A DNA stretch of 64,000 nt. Origin: Myxococcota bacterium (GTDB taxonomy: Bacteria > Myxococcota_A > UBA796 > CAJQPC01). Below are positions 1-7,671 of the stretch, in pieces. The stretch is from positions 224,001 to 288,000 of the forward strand of contig JAZAMN010000024.1 of the NCBI GenBank assembly GCA_036229005.1, in the 5' to 3' direction. The position numbers and the translations under genes were made by a program. How positions within the stretch are numbered: position 1 is the stretch's first letter; every line of letters begins with the position of its first letter. The notes below the pieces were generated by a model that saw nothing but the letters and a program-made list of their open reading frames with translations, searched no databases and was not told the origin of the DNA.

Positions 1-999
1 TCGTCCGTGAGCAGCGGGGACCCCCGGCACTGGGTGGCCCAGGACAACAGCGCGGACGTGGGCATCGAGGTGCGCTTTGTGGACGGCGCGCTGCTGGTCA
101 CGCGGGTGCGCTCGGGGTCGGCGGCGGCGGAGGCCGGCGTGCAGGCGGGCTGGACGATCCACAGCATCGACGGGACCCAGGTCAGCGTGCAGCTCGGCGA
201 GCAGGACCCCGAAGATCCCGAGGTCCAGGGCACCATGGCCCGCGCCGCCAGCAAGGCCTTCCGAGGCGCGGCTGGGGAGTCTCTGAGCCTGGTCGCCCTC
301 ACCCCAGAAGGCGAGCAGCGGCCCCTGGAGCTGGAGCGACGAGCCACCCCCGGCGAGGTCGTGCAGGTGGGCTTCATGCCCCCGATGACCACCGAATTCG
401 AGGCCTGGCGGGCCCGGGGCGATGTGGGCGTGCTGCGCTTCAACGTGTTCATGCCGCCGGTCGCGCCCCAGGCCGAAGCGGCGCTCTCCGAGCTGGCCGC
501 CACCGAGGCCCCCGGGGTGGTGTTCGACCTGCGCGGGAACCCCGGCGGCGTGCTGGCCATCGGCGCGGGGCTCGCCGGCTACCTGGTGGATGAGCGCAGC
601 TCGCTCGGGACCATGATCTCCCGGGACGGCGACCTGAACCTGGTGGTGTTCCCGCGGCCCCCGGCCCAGCGCATCGACGGGCCCGTGGCCATCCTGGTGG
701 ACGAGCTGAGCTTCTCGACCTCGGAGGTCCTCGCGCATGGGCTGCAGGCCACCGGGCGGGCGCGGGTGTTCGGGACCCCGACGGTGGGGGCGTGTCTCCC
801 GAGCACCGTGGACATCCTCCCCAACGGAGACCGGCTGCAGTACGTGCTGGCCGATCTGGTGGGCCCCACCGGGGTGCGCATCGAGGGGGTGGGGGTGACC
901 CCGGATGAGATCATCCCCGTGGACATCGACGCCCTCAAGGCCGGCCAAGACCCGGTGTTGGAGGCCGCACTTTGCTGGATCCTGGAGGACTGCGAGTGA
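1..999 (+). CDS. S41 family (CtpA/tail-specific) peptidase with PDZ domain, 5'-truncated by window edge
   Basis: PDZ-like GIEVRF...SGSAAAEAGV, then DLRGNPGG, ILVDELSFSTSE (catalytic Ser position) and IEGVGVTPD motifs; frame open from base 1. Confidence 0.85.
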   Translation, partial: SSVSSGDPRHWVAQDNSADVGIEVRFVDGALLVTRVRSGSAAAEAGVQAGWTIHSIDGTQVSVQLGEQDPEDPEVQGTMARAASKAFRGAAGESLSLVALTPEGEQRPLELERRATPGEVVQVGFMPPMTTEFEAWRARGDVGVLRFNVFMPPVAPQAEAALSELAATEAPGVVFDLRGNPGGVLAIGAGLAGYLVDERSSLGTMISRDGDLNLVVFPRPPAQRIDGPVAILVDELSFSTSEVLAHGLQATGRARVFGTPTVGACLPSTVDILPNGDRLQYVLADLVGPTGVRIEGVGVTPDEIIPVDIDALKAGQDPVLEAALCWILEDCE

Positions 1000-1766
1000 C
1001 CGCTCTGCTTCTGACTTTGGTGGCCTGCGGGCCCAAGAACGGACCCAACGCCGCGGGGCAGACCCTGCCCGAGGTGGCCCCCGAGGACTACCCCAGCTTC
1101 GAGCAGCTCATGGCGGCCCACGAGGCGGCCGTGGGTGACGGCGCCATGGGCGGGACCTGGTACATGAAGCAGAGCATCCTGGCGCCCAAGCAGGGCCTGG
1201 GCGGTCAGGTCGAGCTGTGGGTGGACGGCGAGCAGGTCTACACCCGCGCGGTGATCGACGGCATGGGCGAGACCCTGCAGGGCTACGACGGCGAGATCGC
1301 GTGGGAGATCGATCCCAACCAGGGTCCCAAGATCCTGGAGGGGGAGGAGGCCGGCCCGCTGCGCTTCCTGGCCTACAGCACGGCGCCCCTTGGCGAGCAG
1401 TACCCCCAGGCTCAGGTGGTGGGGGTGCGGTGGTTCCCCGACGCGGACAGCGGGGAGGCGGCCTGGGCGGTGGAGGCCGTGCCGGCGACCTATTCGGAGC
1501 CCACGACGCTCTACTTCGCGGTCGATGACGGCGTGATGCTGGGCAGCCGCGGCAAGGTCCCCACCACCATGGGCAAGCTGCGACAGACCAGCGTGCTCTC
1601 CGACTGGGAGGAGATCGGGGGCGTCAGCATGCCCCGCGTCATGGAGACCACGATGTTGTCGCTGACGATGGTGGCGACCACCCTGGAGTTCCAGCCCGAC
1701 CCCCAGGACATGCCCGACTTCGCCCCTCCGGCGTCGGTGCAGGCCCTGTTGGAGCCTGCGGAGTGA
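996..1766 (+). CDS. Lipoprotein, LolA-like/outer-membrane lipoprotein-sorting-type fold (hypothetical)
   Basis: GTG start overlaps S41 stop (GTGA); lipobox LVAC; QGYDGEIAW, LYFAVDDG and SDWEEIGGVSMP patterns. Confidence 0.6.
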   Translation: MTALLLTLVACGPKNGPNAAGQTLPEVAPEDYPSFEQLMAAHEAAVGDGAMGGTWYMKQSILAPKQGLGGQVELWVDGEQVYTRAVIDGMGETLQGYDGEIAWEIDPNQGPKILEGEEAGPLRFLAYSTAPLGEQYPQAQVVGVRWFPDADSGEAAWAVEAVPATYSEPTTLYFAVDDGVMLGSRGKVPTTMGKLRQTSVLSDWEEIGGVSMPRVMETTMLSLTMVATTLEFQPDPQDMPDFAPPASVQALLEPAE

Positions 1767-1804
1767 GGGGGCTATAGGGCCTTCCCTCAAACCTGGAAGG
1801 CAGC

Positions 1805-2953
1805 ATGAAGAAGCGGGTGTTTATTGCAGGCAGCGGTGGCATTGGGCGCGCTGTGGGGCTCCTCTTGCGGGAGCTCGGCGAGCTCGAGGTCGACCTGATC
1901 CTGGGGGACGCCTACCCCGCGGTCGCGGAAGACGCCGTGGCCTTCATCCTCGCGGACTCCTCCACCGAGGGCAGCGTGGAGAGCATCGAGATCCCCTTCG
2001 AGGGCATGACCGATGCTCTGGCGCAGGCTCTGGGCGGCTGTGACCTGATCCTGGACTGCCTCCCCGGTGGCCAGGCCCCGCGGGTGGCCGGCTGGGCCCT
2101 GGAGCACGGCCTGCACTACGCCAACCTGACCGAGTACGTGGCCGAGACCCAGCAGATCATGGAGATGGCCAAGGACGCGCAGACCGGCTTCGCGCTGCAG
2201 TGCGGCCTGGCCCCGGGCATGGTCAACGTGCTGGGCCACAAGCTCTTCCTGGACTTCTGCAGCCAGTTCGGCGTGGACTCCGCGGACCGCCTCAAGATGC
2301 GCGTGGGCGCCCTGACCCAGAACGCCGAGGCCCCCCACTTCTACGGCTTCACCTGGAGCCCCATCGGCGTGGCCACCGAGTACGTCAAGAAGGCCGAGGT
2401 CGTGCGCGACTTCGACAAGGTGCTCGTGGACTCCCTGGAGGAGGTCGAGACCCTGCTGGTGGACGGCATCGCCTACGAGGAGGCCACCACCTCGGGCGGC
2501 GCGGCCGACATCCCCGAGGCCCTGGCCGGCAAGGTCCGGGACCTGGACTACAAGACCCTGCGCTTCCCCGGTCACTGGGCCTGGGTCCGTGAGCAGCTCG
2601 CGGAGATCGGCGATGTGCCCGACCGCATCGCCCAGCTCCAGGACCGCATGCAGTCCACCATCCCCGAGATGACCGACGACATCGTTGTGGTCTACGCCGC
2701 GGTCGAGGGCACCTGCGCCCAGGGCCGTCGTCGTCGCCTGGACGCCGCCTACACCGTGCGCCCCGAGGTCTTTGGCGGGCAGATGCTCCGCGCGATTCAG
2801 TCCACCACCGCGGCGGGCCTGGCCGAGTGCGCGTACCAGCTCCTCACCCAGAACCCCAAGGGACCTCTGCTGCAGAGCCAGCTTGACTGTGAGGCCTACC
2901 TCAACGGCCCCTACGTGGGCCGGGTCTACGGCAAGCCCAACGCCCAACGCTAG
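1805..2953 (+). CDS. Saccharopine dehydrogenase / lysine 6-dehydrogenase family protein
   Basis: N-terminal Rossmann GSGGIG; CGLAPG, FTWSPIG..EY, TSGG and YKTLRFPGH motifs. Confidence 0.85.
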   Translation: MKKRVFIAGSGGIGRAVGLLLRELGELEVDLILGDAYPAVAEDAVAFILADSSTEGSVESIEIPFEGMTDALAQALGGCDLILDCLPGGQAPRVAGWALEHGLHYANLTEYVAETQQIMEMAKDAQTGFALQCGLAPGMVNVLGHKLFLDFCSQFGVDSADRLKMRVGALTQNAEAPHFYGFTWSPIGVATEYVKKAEVVRDFDKVLVDSLEEVETLLVDGIAYEEATTSGGAADIPEALAGKVRDLDYKTLRFPGHWAWVREQLAEIGDVPDRIAQLQDRMQSTIPEMTDDIVVVYAAVEGTCAQGRRRRLDAAYTVRPEVFGGQMLRAIQSTTAAGLAECAYQLLTQNPKGPLLQSQLDCEAYLNGPYVGRVYGKPNAQR

Positions 2954-2956
2954 GGC

Positions 2957-3167
2957 CTCCATCAGTGAGGAGCGGCTGGTGAGTCGAGCGGTTCTGCCGG
3001 GCAAGAGTTCCAAACAGGCCCGTCCGGCAGAACACGGGCCCGAGTGGGCCCGCGGGGGCTGCGCCGCAAGGCGCATTTCCGGGGGTGCCCCCCGGAGAAG
3101 ACAATAGTTCTCTGGAGCATGAGTTCCGGCACGCGAAGAGTGTCGGAACTCAAGCTTCGGAGAACTA
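2957..3167 (+). ncRNA. Candidate structured RNA (5-6 consecutive hairpins) between convergent genes
   Basis: Stems at 2991-3033 (12 bp), 3035-3052 (7 bp), 3060-3075 (GCAA tetraloop), 3076-3098 and 3105-3167 (28 bp); almost all non-Watson-Crick positions are G-U on the + strand. Confidence 0.5.
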
Positions 3168-5042
3168 AAGTCCTTCCACGAAATCAACGAAGGACTGTAG
3201 CCCGGCCTCCTCCAGATAGGTGCAGTGGTGTGGGTCGTAGTCGGACTGCGGCTCACACACCACGGTCTCGGAGTCGGGCAGGGCCTGCCCCAGCCACTCC
3301 GTGGTGTTGTTGGGCACCTGGTAGTCGCCCACACCCAACACAATCGTCTCGGGGACCTGCTGCTCGGGGGCCAGGACCAGCGGGTCGCTGGGGTCCATGA
3401 TGAGCTGGAAGAGCCCCATGGTGGGGTGGAAGCGGTCCATGTGGTGCCAAGCGGACTCGGGCACCCCCACCAGCGCGGCGATCAGTTCGCTGGCGCTTGC
3501 CTGGGCCAGGGTGTCTTCATCCACGCCGATCAGGGGGGCCACCAGCCCGACCACGTCGTTCCCGGAGCCCAGCAGGCCGGTGTCCAGGATGTAGTAGGTG
3601 AAGTAGCCGCCGGTCCCGGACACCAGCGCGGACTGTGCGCCATCCCCCTGTTGCAGCGCCAGCCCGATGTGGGCGGTCACGCTGCCCAGACTGTGTCCGA
3701 AGGCGCCGATGCGCTCCGGGTCGGCGTCCACGATCTGTGGTAGATGCTCCTGGCAGAAGCGCTGCAGCACTCTGTGGTCCACGCCAGCCTGGCGCTGGTT
3801 GTCCCGGAAGGCGGGCAGGTTGCCCACGTTGTAGAAGCCCAGGGACGCGGAGAAGCCCTCGTCGATCAGGGGGTAGCGCTGTCCGTAGAGCGGCTGGTCC
3901 CGACTCACCACGATCACCCCGGCTTCGTCCAGCAGGCTCGCCAGGTCCTCGGCTCGGCTCCCGCTGACTGCGCGGCGCACCGCGTTGTAGGCGTGGCCCC
4001 CGGTGCCGTGGTCCCAGGTCATCACCGGGAGGGGGCCGGTATGGTCTGTACGAGGAACCTGGATCACCACCCGCATGGGCTCGGCCGTCGGGCTGTTCAG
4101 GAGCTGGCCGGCATCGTCGAAGTCAATCCAGCCGTCGCCAGATCGGTTGAAGTCTGTGATGAGTCCGACGCCGGGCTTGGCGTAGGGCTGGGCGCTCAGG
4201 TCCTGCCACGCGACGGTCTGGATCTCGGCCTGCCAGACCTCCATGGGCCACTGTGTGAGGTCCAGGGTCTGCTCCTGCAGGCCCTCGAAGGCGCCCAGGT
4301 AGGTGACCTCTGTGTCACCCCCTTCAAAGGTGGCGGTCACCACGGTCGCGGCCTTTCCCGAGGGGGTCTCCCCGGCCCGGTAGTCCAGCTCCACGACCCG
4401 CCTCAGGTTCTGGGGCTCCAGCATCTCCGGGGCCGCATCCAACACAGAGTCGGTCTCCTCCCGCAGGGTCAGGAGCTGGCCCAGGGAGTCCTGCACGGGG
4501 AAGGTGGTGGCGACCGCTGCTTGCTTGGGGGCCTCGGCGGGGAGGGTGTAGTCTTCGGGAGACTGTGCGAGGCTGTCGTCCACGAAGGCCAGGTAGCGCT
4601 CCCCGCTGCGCAGGGGGTGTGCGGGGTCCGGGGCGATCAGCAGCAGGTTGTCCCGCAGGAAGGGGTCGCCGTCCGCGGAGGCCACGAACTTGACCTGGAT
4701 GGGGTGTCGGGTCCCGGAGTCCAGGCTCAGGAGCTGGATCGGGTCGTCCTCGCTTCCGGGGTAGCTGTCCTCCAGGCCCTCCAGGGGCGCCTCGAAGCGG
4801 AAGCTGATGGCCGCCAGGTGGGAGAAGCCCAGGCTGGTCTCCCCGGCCATGCGCGCCCAGCCGGCGGTCATGGTGGTGCCCAGCTCGGTCCCGGCCTCCG
4901 GGAAGTCGTCCAGGATGACGGTCCCGTCGGCGGCGATCAGCTCGTCGGCGGGGAAGGGGCGGTCCAACAGGTGCTCGGAGCGGTCGGCGGCGACGATGGC
5001 GGCCGGGCCCTTTGCGCAGGCGAGGAGGAGGAGCCAGTTCAT
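3165..5042 (-). CDS. Lipoprotein alpha/beta hydrolase (lipase/esterase-like) with N-terminal Ig-like region
   Basis: Lipobox LLAC; HGTGG oxyanion region, GHSLG nucleophile elbow, GDYQVPN, C-terminal His. Confidence 0.75.
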   Translation of the reverse strand: MNWLLLLACAKGPAAIVAADRSEHLLDRPFPADELIAADGTVILDDFPEAGTELGTTMTAGWARMAGETSLGFSHLAAISFRFEAPLEGLEDSYPGSEDDPIQLLSLDSGTRHPIQVKFVASADGDPFLRDNLLLIAPDPAHPLRSGERYLAFVDDSLAQSPEDYTLPAEAPKQAAVATTFPVQDSLGQLLTLREETDSVLDAAPEMLEPQNLRRVVELDYRAGETPSGKAATVVTATFEGGDTEVTYLGAFEGLQEQTLDLTQWPMEVWQAEIQTVAWQDLSAQPYAKPGVGLITDFNRSGDGWIDFDDAGQLLNSPTAEPMRVVIQVPRTDHTGPLPVMTWDHGTGGHAYNAVRRAVSGSRAEDLASLLDEAGVIVVSRDQPLYGQRYPLIDEGFSASLGFYNVGNLPAFRDNQRQAGVDHRVLQRFCQEHLPQIVDADPERIGAFGHSLGSVTAHIGLALQQGDGAQSALVSGTGGYFTYYILDTGLLGSGNDVVGLVAPLIGVDEDTLAQASASELIAALVGVPESAWHHMDRFHPTMGLFQLIMDPSDPLVLAPEQQVPETIVLGVGDYQVPNNTTEWLGQALPDSETVVCEPQSDYDPHHCTYLEEAGLQSFVDFVEGL

Positions 5043-5076
5043 GGCCGAACCCTACACCCCGGCGGCGGGGCCTGCA

Positions 5077-5895
5077 TCAGACCTGGTAGGTCTTGCCCTC
5101 GGCGGCGGCCTCGACGGGAAAGTCGGCCTGGAGGCTGGCGATCAGGGCGTCCACGTCCGCGTCGCTGCGGGTGGGCTCGTGGCTGTCCAGCAGCAGGCGG
5201 CGGGCCCCGACGGCCTCGGCGTAGGCGACCGCCAGCTCCGGGGTGCAGTGGCCCCAGCCCAGGCGGGTGCGGTACTCGTGCTGGGTGTACTGGGCGTCGT
5301 GGACCAGCAGGTCGGCGTCGCGGGCCAGGTCCAGGCCGCTGAGCCACTCGGTGGGCGGCAAGCGCTCGCTCCCGATCTGGGGCTCGTGGTCGGGCAGGAA
5401 GGCGAGGCTGCGGCCGCCGGCCTCGACGCGGAAGCCCAGGGTGGTGCCCGGGTGGATGATGAGCTGGGCGCGGATCGAGAAGGGCCCGATCTCCCAGGCG
5501 TCCCGCTTGATGTCGTGGCAGTGGATGCAAGCGGGCAGCTCGCCGAAGCGCACCGGGAACAGCGGCGGGCTCAGGTAGCGGCCCAGGCGCTTGCGCAGGC
5601 TGCGGGTGGTGCTGGGCGGTCCCCAGATGTGGATCTCCCGGCCCGGCTGGAAGAGGGGGCCGAAGAAGCCCAGGCCCTGGACGTGGTCCATGTGCAGGTG
5701 GGTGACCAGGATGTCGATGCGGCCGGTGGGCGGGGCCTCGACGTGGCCAGCCCGGACGATGCCGGTGCCGGCGTCCAGGAAGAGCAGGCGGTCTTCAAAG
5801 CGCAGCACGGCAGACGAGGTGTTGCCGCCGAAGCGCACGAACTCGGGGCCGGGGGCGGGGTAGGAGCCCCGGGTGCCGTAGAAGCGGAGCTCCAC
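5077..5895 (-). CDS. MBL-fold metallo-hydrolase (RNase Z/phosphodiesterase-like)
   Basis: GTRGSYP...GGNTS, LDAGTG, THLHMDH, HDAQY, GWGH motifs. Confidence 0.85.
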   Translation of the reverse strand: MELRFYGTRGSYPAPGPEFVRFGGNTSSAVLRFEDRLLFLDAGTGIVRAGHVEAPPTGRIDILVTHLHMDHVQGLGFFGPLFQPGREIHIWGPPSTTRSLRKRLGRYLSPPLFPVRFGELPACIHCHDIKRDAWEIGPFSIRAQLIIHPGTTLGFRVEAGGRSLAFLPDHEPQIGSERLPPTEWLSGLDLARDADLLVHDAQYTQHEYRTRLGWGHCTPELAVAYAEAVGARRLLLDSHEPTRSDADVDALIASLQADFPVEAAAEGKTYQV

Positions 5896-6282
5896 TCAGC
5901 GCTGCTCGTGCAGCCAGGCCACCACCCCCAGCTCGCACTGGGAGAGGCTGCCCAGGGGGAGGGCGGTGATCTGCAGGCCGCGGGTGCGCCCGTCCAGGGC
6001 ACGCAGGCGCACGGTGGCGTTCGCGGGGCTGCGGGCGTCCAGGGCGATGGCCACGGGGCTGCGCTCGGTGGGAATGGGCTCCCCATGTTCGTCTTCGAGG
6101 CGGAAGGCGGCTTCCCACTCGCGCCGGGACAGCCCACCGCTCTCGCCGTAGGTGCGGCCCAACACACCCGCTGCGGCTTCGTTGAAGTAGACGAGGTCAC
6201 CGCTTTCCTCAAAGAGCAGCGCCGGCGTGGTCAGCAGCGAGAGCCACTGTCTCGCCAGGACCATCTCGACGGGTCGGGGCAC
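5896..6282 (-). CDS. Stand-alone PAS domain protein
   Basis: P...FEESGDLVYFNEAAAGVLG PAS core; GGAGG SD; abuts the MBL gene. Confidence 0.75.
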   Translation of the reverse strand: MPRPVEMVLARQWLSLLTTPALLFEESGDLVYFNEAAAGVLGRTYGESGGLSRREWEAAFRLEDEHGEPIPTERSPVAIALDARSPANATVRLRALDGRTRGLQITALPLGSLSQCELGVVAWLHEQR

Positions 6283-6361
6283 GGGATCCTCCGGGGTTCA
6301 GGCATCGTAGCAGAGGTCCAAAGCGTGCTAAGGGAGGGCACCGAATCGGAGAGACAATCCC

Positions 6362-6646
6362 ATGATGATGCTCGTGACCTTCCAGTTCGCCAACGGCGAG
6401 AACCCCGAGTTCGAGGCGGAGCTCAAGAAGCTCGGCAACTGGTCCAACCGGATCCCCGGCGCCTGGCTGCTGGAGACCCCCCTGGCCCCCCGCAAGGTGC
6501 GTGACCTGCTGGGCGAGACCATGAAGGACGGGGACAAGGTGTTCGTGGCCCGCATCTCCCGCAACTGGGCCGGCCGCAACATGGGCAGCGGCTTCCCCGA
6601 GTGGATGGGGCGCCGGGAGTTCGGGTCGTTCACCCCCCAGGGGTGA
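6362..6646 (+). CDS. Small hypothetical protein, probable Cas2/VapD-like ferredoxin fold
   Basis: 94 aa with coding-like codon usage and GGAG SD; pattern LKKLGNW...WLLET...VRDLL...GDKVFV...NWAG. Confidence 0.55.
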   Translation: MMMLVTFQFANGENPEFEAELKKLGNWSNRIPGAWLLETPLAPRKVRDLLGETMKDGDKVFVARISRNWAGRNMGSGFPEWMGRREFGSFTPQG

Positions 6647-6650
6647 GGGC

Positions 6651-7094
6651 TCAGGCCAGCTTGCCGCCCGCCGCCTTCCAGGCGGGCAGGCCACCCTCCA
6701 GGGACGTGGCGTTGATCAGCCCCTTGGTGCGCAGCAGCTCCGCGGCCCGCAGGCTGCGGGCGCCCACGGCGCAGTAGCAGACGATCTCGTCCGCGTCCTC
6801 CAGCTCGCGCCAGCGGGCCTCGAGCTGCTGCAGAGGGATGTGGTGGGCGCTGGGGAGCATTCCCCCGGCGACCTCGCCGTCGGTGCGCACGTCCACGATG
6901 ACGATGGACTCGCCGGCCTCCAGGCGCTCATAGAGCTCCTGGGCGTCGCACTCGATGTTGGCCAGGCTGGCGGCGTTGTCCTGGTCCTGGGGGGGGACCG
7001 GGGGTGTGGGCGCCGGGCGTGCGGGCGCAGCGGGCGCGGCGTCGCGGCCGAGCAGGCTCTTGAGGGTGCCCTTGAGTCGGGAGCGGATGCCCAT
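6651..7094 (-). CDS. Rhodanese-like domain protein
   Basis: VDVRT..E, HIPL, YCAVGARS active-site loop, LEGGLPAW; ATG at 7094 with GGAGG SD. Confidence 0.85.
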   Translation of the reverse strand: MGIRSRLKGTLKSLLGRDAAPAAPARPAPTPPVPPQDQDNAASLANIECDAQELYERLEAGESIVIVDVRTDGEVAGGMLPSAHHIPLQQLEARWRELEDADEIVCYCAVGARSLRAAELLRTKGLINATSLEGGLPAWKAAGGKLA

Positions 7095-7146
7095 GTGGTG
7101 GATGCCTCCGGGGGCATGGGGCCATGACGCGGCCAGGGTTGCAGGA

Positions 7147-7671
7147 TCAGGCTCGGTCCAGGACAAAGAGCCGCGAGGGGCCGTCGCTGCGCCCGGTGGG
7201 CACCGCGGGGTCCAGCTCCACAAAGCCAAAGGGCGCGTGCAGCGCCACCGAGGACCGGTTCCGGGGGTGGGTGTAGTAGTAGCAGCGCGCCGCGCGGGCG
7301 AACACCCAGTGAAGGCGGGCCTGCACCAGCGCGCGACCTACGCCGCGGCGTCTGCAGGTGGGGTGCACGCGCAGTCCGCTGAGGTACCAGCCGGGGGGCA
7401 GGGCGCAGGGGGGCTCGGGGGCGCCGCGCAGGCTGCAGCGGCCATAGGCCAGCACGCCCCCCTGGTGCTCGGCGACCCAGCTCTGGCGCAGCAGGTTGCC
7501 CTGGGCGATGGAGGCGAGCTCCGCCCGGATCAAGGGCTCGCTGTCAGGCAGCCCGTCGGCCAGCTCGATGGCGGAGATGGCCAGACTGTCCTCGACGGTG
7601 GCCAGGCGTATCGAGAGGCCCCGCAGGGGGGCGCCGTGGTGCTGGGGGGTGAACCGAGCGTGTCGGTGCAC
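7147..7671 (-). CDS. GNAT family N-acetyltransferase
   Basis: VHPTCRRRGVGRAL acetyl-CoA motif; N..SVALH..FGF. Confidence 0.75.
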   Translation of the reverse strand: MHRHARFTPQHHGAPLRGLSIRLATVEDSLAISAIELADGLPDSEPLIRAELASIAQGNLLRQSWVAEHQGGVLAYGRCSLRGAPEPPCALPPGWYLSGLRVHPTCRRRGVGRALVQARLHWVFARAARCYYYTHPRNRSSVALHAPFGFVELDPAVPTGRSDGPSRLFVLDRA

